A DNA stretch of 64,000 bases from positions 3,126 through 67,125 of the forward strand of contig NIVC01003560.1 of the NCBI GenBank assembly GCA_002269645.1, read 5' to 3'. Positions 23,411 to 41,251 of this stretch are shown in pieces. Numbering within the stretch: position 1 is the stretch's first letter; each line of letters opens with the position of its first letter. Origin of the DNA: Macrostomum lignano (lineage: Eukaryota). Both the position numbers and the translations under genes were made by a program. The notes under the pieces are model-generated. The model saw only the letters and a list, made by a program, of their open reading frames with translations, was not told the origin of the DNA and searched no databases.

Positions 23411-23934
23411 ACAAGTTGCCAAGCGAATGTTTTTTGATTGTAGACTAAAGTGCACCAATTTATTCATCAAGATGGTAAAGACACATATCCCAGTATGTCA
23501 CCAATGCTGTAATTACACTAGAATTGCATGTTCTGCAGTAAAGTGTACCTCAATAATGCACAGCCTGTAAATACAGAGTATTCTGTAAGTGGAAGAAAAT
23601 ATACGAATTAAAATGCAAGTACGATTATTGTCTGCAAACTACAAAGCTATATGTATAGCTATAAGCAAGAGTTGAAATCGAAGCATTCTGTTGTGATTTG
23701 GAATTTCTACGCTTGCAATAAAGCTGCCTAAGTTATTGCCAGGCGTGGTTAACATGAAAAAACTCATATTCAATTTACTTAGATGTGCTGTATATTTGTG
23801 TTTTTTGTGGATACATGTATCAAGGATGACATACACTTCCGCCCCGCAAGTCTCTGCACTTACTCTGAGAAAATTGCTGGCTGCAGAGTAACCACAGGCA
23901 CTCTGAGTCTGCTCGCAAGCAGCCCGCTGCTCGC

Positions 23935-23980
23935 AACCCTAACCCTAACCCTAACCCTAACCCTAACCCTAAACCTAACC
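23935..23980. repeat. Interstitial telomeric-type repeat (AACCCT)6 plus one variant
   Basis: Directly visible. Confidence 0.95.
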
Positions 23981-24016
23981 GCAGCAGCCGCATCAGGAGC
24001 CGTAGCAACTGAATCC

Positions 24017-25310
24017 ATGGCCCAACAGCAAGTTCGCCGGCGTGCACCTGCTGCTGAAGGTCTGCGTCGGCTTGAATTGGACAGCGAGTCGGAGAGTGAG
24101 CTATCCGAGGCAGCTGGCAGTGATGATGATGACAAGGAAGAGCAAGCAGATGTGGAAGAGTGGGAAGAAGTCGAAAGTGGAATTTCACGGCACCATGCCA
24201 ACCCGGGGATTGAAATTCCAGATGATTCTGAGGCCTCTCTGTTGACTTCTTCATGAGTTTGTTCATCACTGATGAGGTGATCGCCAGTTTGCATATGCAG
24301 CTGGGCGAATGCAAAGGCACAGCAGGAGATGCACATCATGCAGCTGACAGCAGTGATCTGCAGCAGCTGCCGCCCAGGCTGGCGAATCGGAAGAACTGCA
24401 CCCCGAGGCAGAAGTGCACAAGCTCGTCGGAGCAGTTCTGTACATGGGAGTTCATTTGAAGCCTGAGCTACTGGTCAACTGATCCCATGCATTATTCGCC
24501 TTACTTCCACCAGCCGGAGAGCTTGTCAAGGAATCAGTTCCAGGGGATTCTTCCCTTCCTGCGTTGCTACGAGTATACCATATGACTGCCTGCACAAAAT
24601 TCGGCCTTTCATTGAAACGATACAGGCAATATGTGCCAGAGTTTACGCTCCATAGCGGGAGGTGAGCGTCGATGAGACGCTCGTGCTGTACAAGGGAAGA
24701 TTGTTGCTGCGGCAGTACATTCCAAGCAAGAAGGCGCGGTACGGCCTGAAACTGTACTGCCTCACTGAGGCATCCACTGCTACCTGGTACGATGCCTCCT
24801 GCACAGTACTGCAACGCACGTTTTGGTGATGGAATGCAGTGTGACGGCCTGTCGATGAGCAAGAGGACGGTGGTGGAGCTGAGCCGTGACCTGCTGGATG
24901 TGGGCTATCACGTGTTTTGCGACAATTTGGTTGTCGTCCTATCGCCTGGCGACTTTCCTGGCTGCAGCGTGGTACACCATGACAGGCACTGTGCGCAAGG
25001 ACAGAGGGGTCGCCAGTTCCCCTACAGGAGAATAAACGAGTGCTTGCACCGGAACACAGTTTCATGTGCAAGGGCTGCACGCTGGGCTGGGAAACTGTGA
25101 CAGGAAGGCCAGTGTAACGAAACGGTGTACCTACTGGACACTAAGGAGGCGTCCCATCTTTGGATGCATCCCAAAGACGGATCCGACGCAGAGGAGTTAA
25201 TGAGAGAATCCTTCAGTTCAGAGCACGTCAGTGGCTGCATACAACAAATACATGGGAGGTGCCGATCGCCTGGACGCCTCTCTCAGCACGTACAACGCAA
25301 ACAGACGAAC
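24017..25310 (+). mobile_element. Degenerate piggyBac (PGBD4-like) transposase relic
   Basis: Acidic N-terminus from ATG 24017; VSVDETLVLYKGRLLLRQYIPSKKARYGLKLYCL; DVGYHVFCDN; TGTVRKDRG; YNKYMGGADRLD (all three catalytic Asp motifs); many stops, frameshifts and deletions. TIRs not found. Confidence 0.9.
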
Positions 25311-25314
25311 CTAA

Positions 25315-28300
25315 GAGCTGTCGCTGCACCTCCCTGTCTGACCGGCTGCTTCGGGTCGACGCCCGGCTTCGCGGCAGGAAGGCTCGCCTGTTCTGCGCGT
25401 ACGCGCCTTCTTCCACCCGACCTGACGAGGCTCAAGTCTTCTTCGAGCAGCTCTCGTCGCAGGTAAAAAAGACGGCGCAGCGTGACACAGTGGTTGTCCT
25501 CGGAGACCTGAAAGCGGTTTTGCGCAGGTCCGAGCGGTCGCTGTTTGTTACACCGAGAACGTCCGAGAACGGCAGCACCGGAGCGCTGGAGGACTTCGTG
25601 GAGAGACAAGACATGGTGTCGGCCAACTCCCGCTTCCGCAAGCCACACCAGGCAGGCTCGCGATCTTCGTGGGCTGCAAGTGGAGGCAGAGAAATGCGCG
25701 CGGCCGGAATGCGACGCGGAGGCAGGCACAGCTTGATCACATCTTCGTGAGCGCCGCTGTGCCGTCAACTGCCGCACCATCACGCCGCTGGCTCTGCGAT
25801 CCGACCATCGACTCATCGTCTGCGACCTGCGTGTACGCGAGCCACTTTACCGTCCGCCGAAGCGGCTACCGCGGCGCTACTACCGTGCTCTCAAGGAGAC
25901 CCAGGCCCGTCGCCATTCCGCTAGCGCTTTTGTCAGCGCGCTTGGCGACAGGTGCGGGCGCGTCGAATACACGGAGGTAAGTGCCGCGGTTAGAGCCGCG
26001 GCGGAGCAAGCTGTTCCGCTGATGCAACCGGCCCAACATAGGCAGCCGGTCTGGCAGGATGAACCTGCGATTCGGCAAGCGAGGGCAGAGCTGGAGAGGC
26101 TCCGTATGATCAGGCGGCCAGCGCGCGAGGCGGAGGAGGCTCTGGCGCTGTCTACCTGCAGCGGCAACAGGCCGCTGTTGACGATGCCATCCAGGCCGTC
26201 ACCGCCGCTGGACCCTACGCCAAAAGTCGCGTCGCCTGGGCCGCCATTGTTGTGCAATCGTGCCCTTTCTCGCCCTCCTGCCCCGCCCCAACCCTCCAGT
26301 CTGCCCAACCCCTCCAATCAATAATCAATGCGTATGCCGATCACACCACCCCGCCCCACCTCCCCTGCTGTACTGTACATTTGTTCTTAAGTTATATTCA
26401 TGTACGCGTAGGACCAATGAAAAATATATAGTCGCTGTCTGGAGGGCAGACTCCTCCCTTGCGCGCGTTGGTCCGCCTCCGTTGGCTATTGAATAAAACG
26501 ACTCGTGGATCTACCATACAAAGTGCACGGCGAACTGCATCGGCTACGGGGTGTAAGTTCGTGTTCGCGAGTTACTGTCCTTTTTCTGCTTCTCCCTAGG
26601 ACGCGGGACGGGAGCTCTGACTGGGGACCTGGGGGTCGCAGCTTCCCGACAGGTTAAAGCTGTAGGCGTTGCTCCGGAGGACGGGGCTCACAACACCATC
26701 AACGCTCTGACCGAGCGGAAGCGGCACATCCCGCTCAACCTGGCTGGCAACACTCCAAATGAGCGCAGAAATGAGGTGCGCGAGTTCTTTGCCGCAATCG
26801 CCAACGCGCCGCCGCCCCGCTGCCAAACGATTTGAGACCGCCGCCAAGGATGCCGTTGCTGGCAGAGGAGAGTTTTAATGTAGCCCCAGTCAGCAAAGCC
26901 GACGTTGTGATGCTCATCCAAAAAACCCCGGGGCAAAGCGCTGGGTCCGGACGAGGTGCCCATCGAGGCGCTGTGACTCCATTGTGTGGCCAGCGAGGTC
27001 GCCAGGGTGATGAACCGCGTGCTTTTCGGTAAGGCGACAACCAAAGAATGACCTCGGCGCACATCGTCGCTATTCCGAAGAAGCCGGGAACCACACGGCT
27101 TGAGGAGCACCGAGGTATCTGCCTGCAGTCCTGCGCTGCGAAGCTGTTCAACTGGATGATGCTATCACGGCTGCAGCCCGTGCTGGCTCCTTATTAATGG
27201 CCTCAGCAGAGCGTGTTCCGGCCCTATCGCGGCACAGTGGCGCAGATCCTGGCTCTTTACCGAGTCATCGAGGAAGCGAGGACCCACCAGGAGAGCCTGA
27301 TTTCTCTCGTTGTTGACTTCAGGAAGGCATTCGACTCAGTCGTGAGGGCCGTGCTCCTAATGGTGCTGATCGTGCGTATAACGTTCCAGAGCAGCTGATT
27401 TTCACCGTCATGACGCTGTATCATGGCATGAGCGCTGCTATGCTAACACCGGAAAGTTTGTCAGATTTATTTGAGAAATCCTCTGGGGTGCTTCAAGGGA
27501 GACACGCTTGCGTCGTTCCTGTGTTCGTCCTGGTGCTTGACTGGGTGCTGTGGACTGCTTTCCCTTCTAACGACGACGGCTTCCTGCTGCAGCGATGGGT
27601 GGGTCGACGCGAACCGGAAAGGCGGCTCAGCGTGCTTGACTACGCTGACGACCTGTCCTCGACCTTCTGTCCTCGACTGTCGAGGGCGCCCAGCGTCAGC
27701 TGGACCGGCTGGTAAGCGAGCTTCGGCCTGGTGGTCAACACGCGGAAGACCGAACGGCATCGAAACTGCAATTTTCTGCGCCGAGGCGCTAACGGACAGG
27801 TGGTGAGGCTTCCGCGCCTGTCAGTATTTTGTCTAGCTCGGCGGTCTGGTGCCTGACGTTCGCGAGGATCTGCGACGTCGCCGTGTATACTTGCCTGGGC
27901 TGCCTTCCGTTCCGTGAGGGCTGTCGATCGTGCAGTTCGAGGCCCTACCTGACCGCCGGAGGGCGGCGTTGTTCTATGCGGTGATCGAGACCATCCTTGC
28001 TGTAAAACGCCGACGCTTGGACGCTGACGAACCCGCTCGAACAGCAGGTTGATGCGGCGCACGCTGGCCTGCTGCGCGCCGCCTTTAAGATCGTCTACGA
28101 TCGAGCGATCAGTCACCAATGCGGCACTCTATCGCCGCACCGGCCTGTCCCGGCCGTCCCAGCAAACTGTTGCCCCCTCGGCGACTCCACATCTGTCGAA
28201 GCCGAGTCGTATGCCCACAGCCGGTGCAGGAGGTGCTGCTGCTGACGCTGGAGGCAACAGGCGCGGACTCGGCGTTTCGTCGACCATGCCTGCTGGCTAT

Positions 28301-28372
28301 AATGCCGGCGTCCCGGACACTGGCAACGGTGCGGCCTACGTTTCGCGCCCAGGCCCTGAAACGCGCCCTGTG
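25315..28372 (+). mobile_element. 5'-truncated, degenerate RTE/RTEX-like LINE (APE + RT)
   Basis: APE fragment RLFCAYAP...VVVLGD...MVSANSRFRKP...DH; RT fragments HIVAIPKKPG, LVVDFRKAFDSV, GVLQGDTLA, LDYADDL; many disruptions. Confidence 0.88.
26248..26695 (+). mobile_element. Solo LTR (448 bp) inserted in the LINE
   Basis: Termini TGTTGTG...CACAACA (perfect 7-bp IR), 4-bp TSD CCAT (26244-26247 and 26696-26699), internal AATAAA at about 26492; removing it rejoins the LINE frame (AWAAI/NALTERKR). Confidence 0.85.
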
Positions 28373-30236
28373 ACGTCCCACGTTTTACTGGCTGACATTT
28401 ATGTGCTACTTTATTTTGTAGTAAATGTGCTACAAATTATAAAACAGAATGATTGATGGACAGAATGGAATTTTCCGGAAGATTTCACAATTACATGAAA
28501 AATATGTGACTCAGTATTTACATGTAAATACAGTCAGATAAAATTTGCATTAAAAATACTGTAGCAACAAATGTTTCTATGTTTAAATAGCTACAAGTAT
28601 TCGTCTGTTCGTCTGTTCGGTGTTACAAGGTGCGGCGCGAGCAAGCTATAGGAGTCTGGCGGACGCATGCATTTACAGTAAATGTATATGTCTATTTAAG
28701 CTAATAGCGGCCGTTTTAATACTCTCAAAAATTAGGGAGCTTTTATAGATAAGAGAGCACAGCAGTACAATTAATATGGACGTAGCATCTTCGGCTAGCG
28801 AATTCCCGCTAACAAAGCTCGGCTAGCTAGCAGCGACATTATAAATTCTTAATCTATCTAGATTTCTAGAGCAAATCTTTTTTTTACCCTCAAGCTATCA
28901 ATAAATCTTAGTTTTGTTCGCTAAACTTTTAACAGAGCTCCGAATAATGAAAAATTTTGTATCGAACTTGAACGATGTATTTTCTGAATGCTCATAAAAA
29001 TTAAATATATAGCTATGTATCAATACACGAGCTGCAATTAAACCTATTTTTTATTGCACAAGTAAATAATTTAAAGTTTAGTTTGTTTAAGTACTATTTC
29101 TTCTTTCTGAGAATGTTGAAGTCGAGAATTTTGGTCATGTGGTAGGCGAGGCCTCCACTTTCTTCCCCTGAACGTAGCTCTTTTCCCCCGTGCGGATCGA
29201 CTGTACGTGCAAATCTACGTCATTTTCCCTGCGCGGAAAATCTCCCCTTTCCTCCTAGTGTATTTCGGGTTTCCCACTCCCCGTATCCTTTGTTTTACTG
29301 TGCTTTGAATAGGGTTACACCCGGTGTTTAATCGTCACCACCCGGTGTACCCGATCATTTCCATTGCGTGTAACACTCTCTTCTCACCCGGTGTAACCTT
29401 TTCCTTCCGGTGGCTCATGAGAGCGTATTTAAGAGTCTGCGCCCCTCTTTTCCCAGCCAGACTCTCGACTGGAACCCCCTTTCTCGTTTGAACTCACTCC
29501 GTCCCGAACTCCGAGCTCCAGATATTCGAGGGGACCCTACCTGTAAGCCCAGCATCCCGACACGACCAGCGATCCTCTCCCGATCGACCACTTAAGTTAA
29601 CTCGTTGCAAGTACAATTAATAGTTATCGATTGAAGCTCGCAATAATAATTACGAAAATATTCCGATTTTTGGCCAACTCATTTAAGCCAGCCAACTATA
29701 ATCTTGTGTGTTTGAAACGGTGTCTTAGCCTTCGTGACCTCGGAAGCGTTATTTTGACCCTCAGTGGTCTCTCAAGAGAAGTTCTAGGGCGAATTCGAGC
29801 AAATTTTGAACCTTAGAGCTTTTCCCGCGCATACCGCGGTGGTGGTAGCGGACTAACTACTTACAGTAACACTTTCGACAAATTAGTTTATTTTAAGTTC
29901 CTCGTATCGGCGACAATTTCCGCATTCGGCACTCTGATTGACGGCAAAACTAGACCGCTCAGCCGCGACCACAGCTACCCTCCCCCTGAGCCTGAGGAAC
30001 TCTGCAGCCGGAGCTCCCCTTATCTGCAAGCCGAGATCTTCGCCCGAAATGTTTCAATCGTCGGAAGCCGCACCGATTTGAACGGCTGTAAAGCGAACGA
30101 AATATATGAATCCAGCACAGACCCTAGAGAGATCTTAAAACCCCCCGTCCTTAGTCACATCATCTCACAATTAGTCAGGATTGAAATATTCTAAAAGTGG
30201 TGCTTCATTGTGATTCTTAATTTTCGTCTACGCACA

Positions 30237-34931
<4,695 letters not shown>

Positions 34932-35720
34932 CAATATTGTTGCACTGTTGCTCTGTTAGTTGATTGATTTGCCTACACATCATCTATAGAATATTGCCTA
35001 ACAATTTACACTGCACTCAAAATCTCTGTTCTAGCAGTCAGCTCTCTGTAAAAAATAAAGAATAATTTAGCTAGTTTCTCTTATCCTGTTTAGAATTTTG
35101 GTGCTGCAAATTGCCACACAGTGGTACCAAGTGTCTTTTTGTCTATCGCTTAAAAGTCCATACGCTCATTACTGTTATGATTAAAATACTTTTTATAAAG
35201 TTTTGTAGGTTGTTGATGTTGCACCGCACGTAAAGTCTGGTTTTTTTCATAATTTATAATTAAATTGTCTGAAACTTTTTCATACCTGGCATTCCGTTAC
35301 TTTTTACCTAGCTATATATCCAGCTTATGCTACTCTTTGTAGTAGTATTTTTTGCACCTTCTGAGCCTTTTTAATAAGCTAATTATTTATAATAAAAAAC
35401 GTCACTTTTTAACTGTAAAGAAATTTTCATTGCTGATGGCCATTTGGTTTTTTGATAACATAACCTAGTTCTATATTCATAGCTATTCTGCTGGTTATGT
35501 ATTGTAATTTTTTGTAAAATATACTTATTGAAATGAGTTCTTGTTTTATTTCTTCTGTGAAGAAGCATCTTTGAAAATTAATTTATTGCATACGCTTTCA
35601 TACGACTGTTATTTATCTACATAATATACATATCTGAATTGTGTGTCTGTGCCAGAGGGAACATGTTTCAATTTAATATATGGAATTGAGTCCGATTGGT
35701 GAGCTATCTGGATCAGATTC

Positions 35721-36926
35721 TTATTCTGACGCCGCGGTGCTGATTGATAATGGAAGGCTCCGCATCAGGACAGCTGTTCTTCTCTCCTGTCTGTTAGCTT
35801 CTTCTGCACGTCTGCGCCATCGGACTGGCACAAAGGTCCTGCAGAATGCTCGGTAAAAATTTCTGCTCATGAAGTACACCGGCCAGCTTAGCGCATTGTT
35901 CAAGTACAGCAGGTTTTGCAGAGCGCCGGATGCGACCAGCATAAGCACGTAAATTATGGACCGTATTCTCTTTAGCTCCGAATATGGCTCTTCGAATTTC
36001 ACTTGTCGAAAACCGTAACGACTAAAAACGAAAAGAGACGCCAAACTCGATGGCAGGCAGGTTGCAGCGAACAGCAAATTGATAAACACCATCATGAGGC
36101 TGATTCGAACCAGCGACCTCTGCCTATGTCGGCTACTGTTTGGCTCCAAATTGATTCTCCCAGCTGTTCGATTGCTCCGGTACACGCAAGCGCAAATTCC
36201 AACTGTACCCAGTGCCATGGCCGCGAGAAGGAAGATCCGACCATAAAAGAGCTCGGCCGGCAGGTAGACATCGGCAAAAAAGTCCATGTTTAAATCGCAG
36301 AATTTGAGGTTCGCACAGGCTGTATTAAAGAAGACGTACATGTACATTGCAGGCAGGGCCAATGCGGCTGCAGTGATGACGGCCAGCAGGATGCGGCTTC
36401 TCTTGCTAGTCAGAATCTGCTGCGCTCGCATTGGCACCGCCACAGCAACCAGACGGTCCACGGTGAGGCCCAGCTGAAAGAAGTGCGCTCCCACAGTTGA
36501 GTAAACTCTGGTGAATTCATACACCGTTTTGAAAGCAAATCCATAGTAATTCTTGTCAGTTCCCAGTGGATCCTTTTTAGAGATATCAGAAATGTAGTGC
36601 AGACAGCCATGTAGTGTCATCGCCTGAAAGTCGTTGGCCGTGATAATGAGCAGGTACTGCCGCGTTACTCTGGGAAAAGACTCTCGATTTCTTAAAATCA
36701 CCCAGAATGAACAGCCATTAGCGATTGATCCGATGATGCACAATAGTGGAAACAGCCATGGGAATAAGTTCTGCGATAGCCATTTAGTTGTCTCTTTCGC
36801 ATTTATGTACGACTTCCAGATAGCAAATAAATTTTCCGGCAGAGTGTCAAGTGTAAAGTTGCTCACCATTGTACTATTTTGCCACTCGGTTATTAGATCG
36901 GTAGAACCTCCAGCTTTAAGATCCAT
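35721..36926 (-). CDS. Rhodopsin-class peptide GPCR-like receptor (FMRFamide/Srw-like), 401 aa, single coding exon, intact
   Basis: Seven hydrophobic segments, N-glycosylation sites NST and NFT, TM1 GSIANG, TM2 LIITANDF, TM3 LGLTVDRLVAV (DRY variant), TM7 YLNNALSWPVYF. Confidence 0.9.
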   Translation of the reverse strand: MDLKAGGSTDLITEWQNSTMVSNFTLDTLPENLFAIWKSYINAKETTKWLSQNLFPWLFPLLCIIGSIANGCSFWVILRNRESFPRVTRQYLLIITANDFQAMTLHGCLHYISDISKKDPLGTDKNYYGFAFKTVYEFTRVYSTVGAHFFQLGLTVDRLVAVAVPMRAQQILTSKRSRILLAVITAAALALPAMYMYVFFNTACANLKFCDLNMDFFADVYLPAELFYGRIFLLAAMALGTVGICACVYRSNRTAGRINLEPNSSRHRQRSLVRISLMMVFINLLFAATCLPSSLASLFVFSRYGFRQVKFEEPYSELKRIRSIIYVLMLVASGALQNLLYLNNALSWPVYFMSRNFYRAFCRTFVPVRWRRRAEEANRQERRTAVLMRSLPLSISTAASE

Positions 36927-37646
36927 TTGGGGCTACGGCCTCTGAGGTCAGCGTCTGAAAACAAAAATTGTTTCACTAAACTGTTTTTATCGCATCACAT
37001 TTCAGCAAATTTCTTACGGCAAACAGACTTCCCGTCTTTTTCTATCCGTACACAAGTAACAGGAAATATTCTGCCACAGCCGAAATTTCAGCAAGCTGTT
37101 TAAAGCGATCGTTAGCTGAAATTTGATGACATTCATACAAAGTGTTGCAAGCTAGAGAAAGTTACTCTGGATGATGTGCGGATTCTGGAAGTTTTTTTCG
37201 GTTTCATTAGGAACTTTGTCGAATATCTATACGCTTGAAAAGATTTGAAAAACCAATCGAATTGTTTGCAGTGTAGTGAGCTGAAGTGAATCGCTGTGCC
37301 AATGCTAGGGCTAGAAAATGTCGGGCACTGAAACGGGGCCAGGTATTTTAACTCGACTATACGTACATTACAATTTTAATAAACTTTAGTGAGTTGTGGC
37401 CGTGGGTGGCAGGCAGACTATAAGGCTCACTCACGTCATCCTGACTCAGTACATGTCTACACGACTGCATGCGGTTAAGTGATTGTGTTGCTTGAGATCT
37501 CTTGCTGTGTTGCAATGTTGCGTTATGGAGAGTATTTCTTTGGCTAGACTATTAACGCCTTGCTTCCTGGTGTGCAGAACAGCTTTCAAATAGGGGAAAT
37601 ACTCGAGCAGGCTAAATACTAGAGTAGAAAAGACACTACTAATAAC

Positions 37647-37787
37647 GGACTTCGTAAAGGCCCTTTTTGGTAAGCGCTCGGCGCCAAGCGCCGTCCGGAT
37701 AGCGCGCCTGGGTACATATCGGCGCTTGGTGCCGAGCGCCCACCCAAAGGGCCCTTTTTCTGACCAAAAAGGGCCCTTACGAAGTCC
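37647..37787. mobile_element. Foldback/MITE-like palindromic element
   Basis: 25-bp IR GGACTTCGTAA(A/G)GGCCCTTTTTGGT with 1 mismatch, plus inner IR GCGCTCGGCGCCAAGCGCC; no clear TSD. Confidence 0.6.
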
Positions 37788-38819
37788 TTTAGTAGCAAAT
37801 ACGAAGCTGAAGGGAACTGACTGATCTTCGAAAATGCAAATTGAGTTGCTACGCATTACGATTTACGAGGAACAGATAATAATTTTAACTAAGTTGCAAT
37901 GGTTAAATTTTCTACAATAAAGACCTAAATGCTACATTTAAAACAACGAAGCTTAGCTTACAGCCAAGGACCACTAGGAACACTTTGTTTATCAAGTCTA
38001 GTAGTCCTTGCTTACAGCTCCGTTGCCATTATTCTCAGACTTGCGTCTTGCAAAAGAGCAAAGAAAGAAATGACTTAACCCGAATTCTCGACTTTGAGTC
38101 GAGCCCGGACCTCGACTTCGAAAAATTGGCAAGAAACACTGACGGCCTACTCCCAGTAGTCCATAGTGTACGGCTCCAGTTTGCGAATTTAGAATTTCAA
38201 AAAGGAGTCCTAATCAGTCCTAATCAATATGTACGTGCAATGTAGTAGACTTGGATAAAATTACCTCGATGAATTTAGATTATAGAATTGTCGCATAGTG
38301 TTGGATGCAACCCTACGGATACGCCAGATCGAATTAACTACATGCACTCAGTAAAATGATAGACCGAATAGCAATTAACTTTGCGAAGAGCAGATTTACT
38401 AAATTGAATTCTGCACCAGACGGGCCGCCGGATGTCTTCCACTGTCTCGTTAAGCTTCTCTCTTCCCAATTAATAAGAATTTTTATCTAAGACTTAAAGA
38501 CATATATTTAGTATATGGATTTGTTCTTCGAATACTTACGCATTGTAGAGTAATCCGATAGGCCCCTAACAACCAATTTGTCTGAGCGCATTAGTGAATG
38601 TCGGCGATGAGATGCTGGGTTTGATCGCCAACTGCACCGCCCCAGACGCAATTCGATGGCGAATGTCTAATTATGCGCACGCTTTCACTTCATGATAAAA
38701 TCACCTGCGCTGCGCCAGAAAGACGCGCGTCTGACTAGCGTTTATTATTCTACGTTTGCAACATGAACGTGACACGATTTGAAATCGATAAGTTTTTCAA
38801 GTTTGAGCAGTAAATAACG

Positions 38820-39746
38820 CTTTACTTTTACACGTGGCTGTTTCCTCTGCTGTTCATCACCGGCGCGATAGCGAACGGCTGCTCATTCTGGGTGATTCTG
38901 AAGAACCGAGAGTCCTTTCCCAGAGTCACTCGGCAGTACCTGCTCATCATCACAGCCAACGACTTTCTGGCTGTCACTCTGCACGGACCTCTGCATTACC
39001 TCGAAAAAATGCATCCAATTACAGGCCGATTTACAATCATGCACCAATCCATAGCTGAAGTTATTTATCTGCTCACCAGAGTGTACTCAACTGTGGGAGC
39101 GCACTTCTTCCAACTGGGCCTCACCGTGGATTGTCTGGTTGCTGTGGCGGCGCCGATGCGAGCGCAGCAGATTCTGACTCGCAGGAGAAGCCGTATCTTG
39201 CTGGCCGTCATCACTGCAGCCGCACTGGTGCTGCCCGTTATGTACATGTATTTATATGTACATATTCGTGTAGGGCGCAATCAGCAGCTTAGTATCACCT
39301 ACATCAAAGTGGAGCTGTTCTTCGGTCGAATCTTTCTTCAGTCGGCGATGACGCTGGGAACAGTCGGAATTTGCGTCTGCATCTACAGAAGCAATCGAGC
39401 AGCTGGTCAGATCAGCCTGCAGCCCCACAGCTGCCGACAGCGTCAGAGGTCGCTGGTTCGAATCAGCCTCATGCTCGTGTTTATTAACGTGCTTTTCGCT
39501 GTGTCCTGCTTGCCTTACAGTTCAGTGATGTTTTATTTCGCATGTGTACTTGATTGGTCCGAGTCCAACGAGGAAGTTTTACATTTAGCCCTTAGCTGAC
39601 CAGTTTACTTCATGGGCGGCAACTTTCGAAGGGCCTTTTTCCGTACATTATCGCCAAAGCGCTGCTGCCGATGCTGTTGTTCTCGTTGTTGTGGGCGTCG
39701 CACGGAGGAGCGAAATAGTTCTGCGACTGCAGTTGAGCTCGCTTAG
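38820..39746 (+). pseudogene. Disrupted paralog of the 35721-36926 GPCR
   Basis: Shares ANGCSFWVILKNRESFPRVTRQYLLIITANDF and VGAHFFQLGLTVD; N-terminus lost, 45-nt deletion in TM7, TGA at the conserved Trp (39597-39599). Confidence 0.8.
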
Positions 39747-39984
39747 TACTGCTCATCATCGTTTTTGATTTATCAGTTTTTACTTATGAGCTGCATATTC
39801 GAGTTCGCGTTGTAACTTTTGCAAAATTCGCGATGAATTGCTTTTTTAGCATGCTAGTTCATCATTTATCTTCTGTCGTAGCTATTAATTTTTTAGGAAA
39901 TTTGCTTTTACGAGCTATGTGTAGATAATGCAAGTTCTATTTGCACAAAATCGATTTGCTAGTCTGTTTTCTTAGCTAGTCTGT

Positions 39985-40028
<44 letters not shown>

Positions 40029-41251
40029 TGCCTCTTAAGTTCATTTGCAAGCTTAACAGGCCTCTAAGTGTGCTCGTGTACGCCCAGGCAAGAACGACCA
40101 AAAGTTTATTGTCGCAGGTGCTACCTCAAAAGACTTACTGTAATGCACGGGCCTTTCATTTTTCTTCTTTAAGTCGGAACATTCGACAGAGGACTTGAAT
40201 TACGAAACTTTCGAAGGTCGTATAAAGAAGTATTATCTGTGGTGTAGATAATAAAAATGCCCAGCATTTTTCTGCCAATGCTCGATCTTTGACTAGGATC
40301 AACTGCACCACATGGGGCAAGCCCATGCATCCTTGGATGAGGTCTGCGACTGCGACAACTCACAGCATGTCAGGTTCCTCCTTGCTCTTGTAATACGCTG
40401 GTAGTTTTGATAAATTTCTTCTTTTGCATGCTTGCTGCATCCATAACCAATAGCTACGAGCTCGTAGTGATTTGACTATGGAATTCAAATTAAAATTAAT
40501 AAAATGTTGCAATTACACCGCGACGGTTTGTTTCTCTCACGTTTTATCGTTTTTTAATTAGTTAAAATCCTCAATACGTGAAAAACAGTCCAACTGCTGT
40601 ACAAAGCGCAAGCATTTTTTACAAAAAGTCAAAATTGAAGACCCAGATTTTCGGGTACAGCCACAGGAAACAGAGAAACCCCCTTATTGCAGAGGCAGCG
40701 GCTCACGTGCTGAGTGAGAACTGACAGCTTTAATTTTGTTAACTTGGAGCCTACTTCTAGGGCCTGTTGAGTTGAGATGCGTGTATTTATTACCTGATGA
40801 AACTGTTTGAAGACGGACAAAGCAACTACGACCTACATGTTTGTTACCAGCACGGTCATTTTGCGCAACCCATCAGATACATACGTGTAATATCGAATTG
40901 AATTAACATTTTAATGAATTAACCAATTACAAGATCGGGCTCAAAACATAATCTGGCATATTGATTTATTTCGTATTTTATTGAGATTTTTAATTGTTTG
41001 AGTTTTTTCAGTCTATTGAGTTGATTGAATTATTAATTATACATGCACACGAAAGGAGCATGCGTGAATATTAGAAATTTAATTAAGTGAGTAGCACATG
41101 TCGCCCCCTTTAGGTACAGACAAACACAAAGAAACAAACAACTTCGACAATTAGAAATATGCACTACTCAAAAAGTCCTCAGAAAGTTATCTCTCTGTTC
41201 GAGCCGTTCTGCAAGCTACTGTTCCTCTATCGTTGTCTGTTGCTGCCAGCT

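Noticed and set aside
29138-29620. Possible LTR starting TGTGGT upstream of MK2
   Set aside because: No matching ...CA terminus with a TSD was found; the internal ACCCGGTGT repeats alone are not enough.
39597-39599. Selenocysteine or mitochondrial-code (UGA=Trp) reading of the GPCR TGA
   Set aside because: The intact paralog has Trp, not Cys, at this site, and the gene is nuclear with no NUMT features or SECIS evidence.
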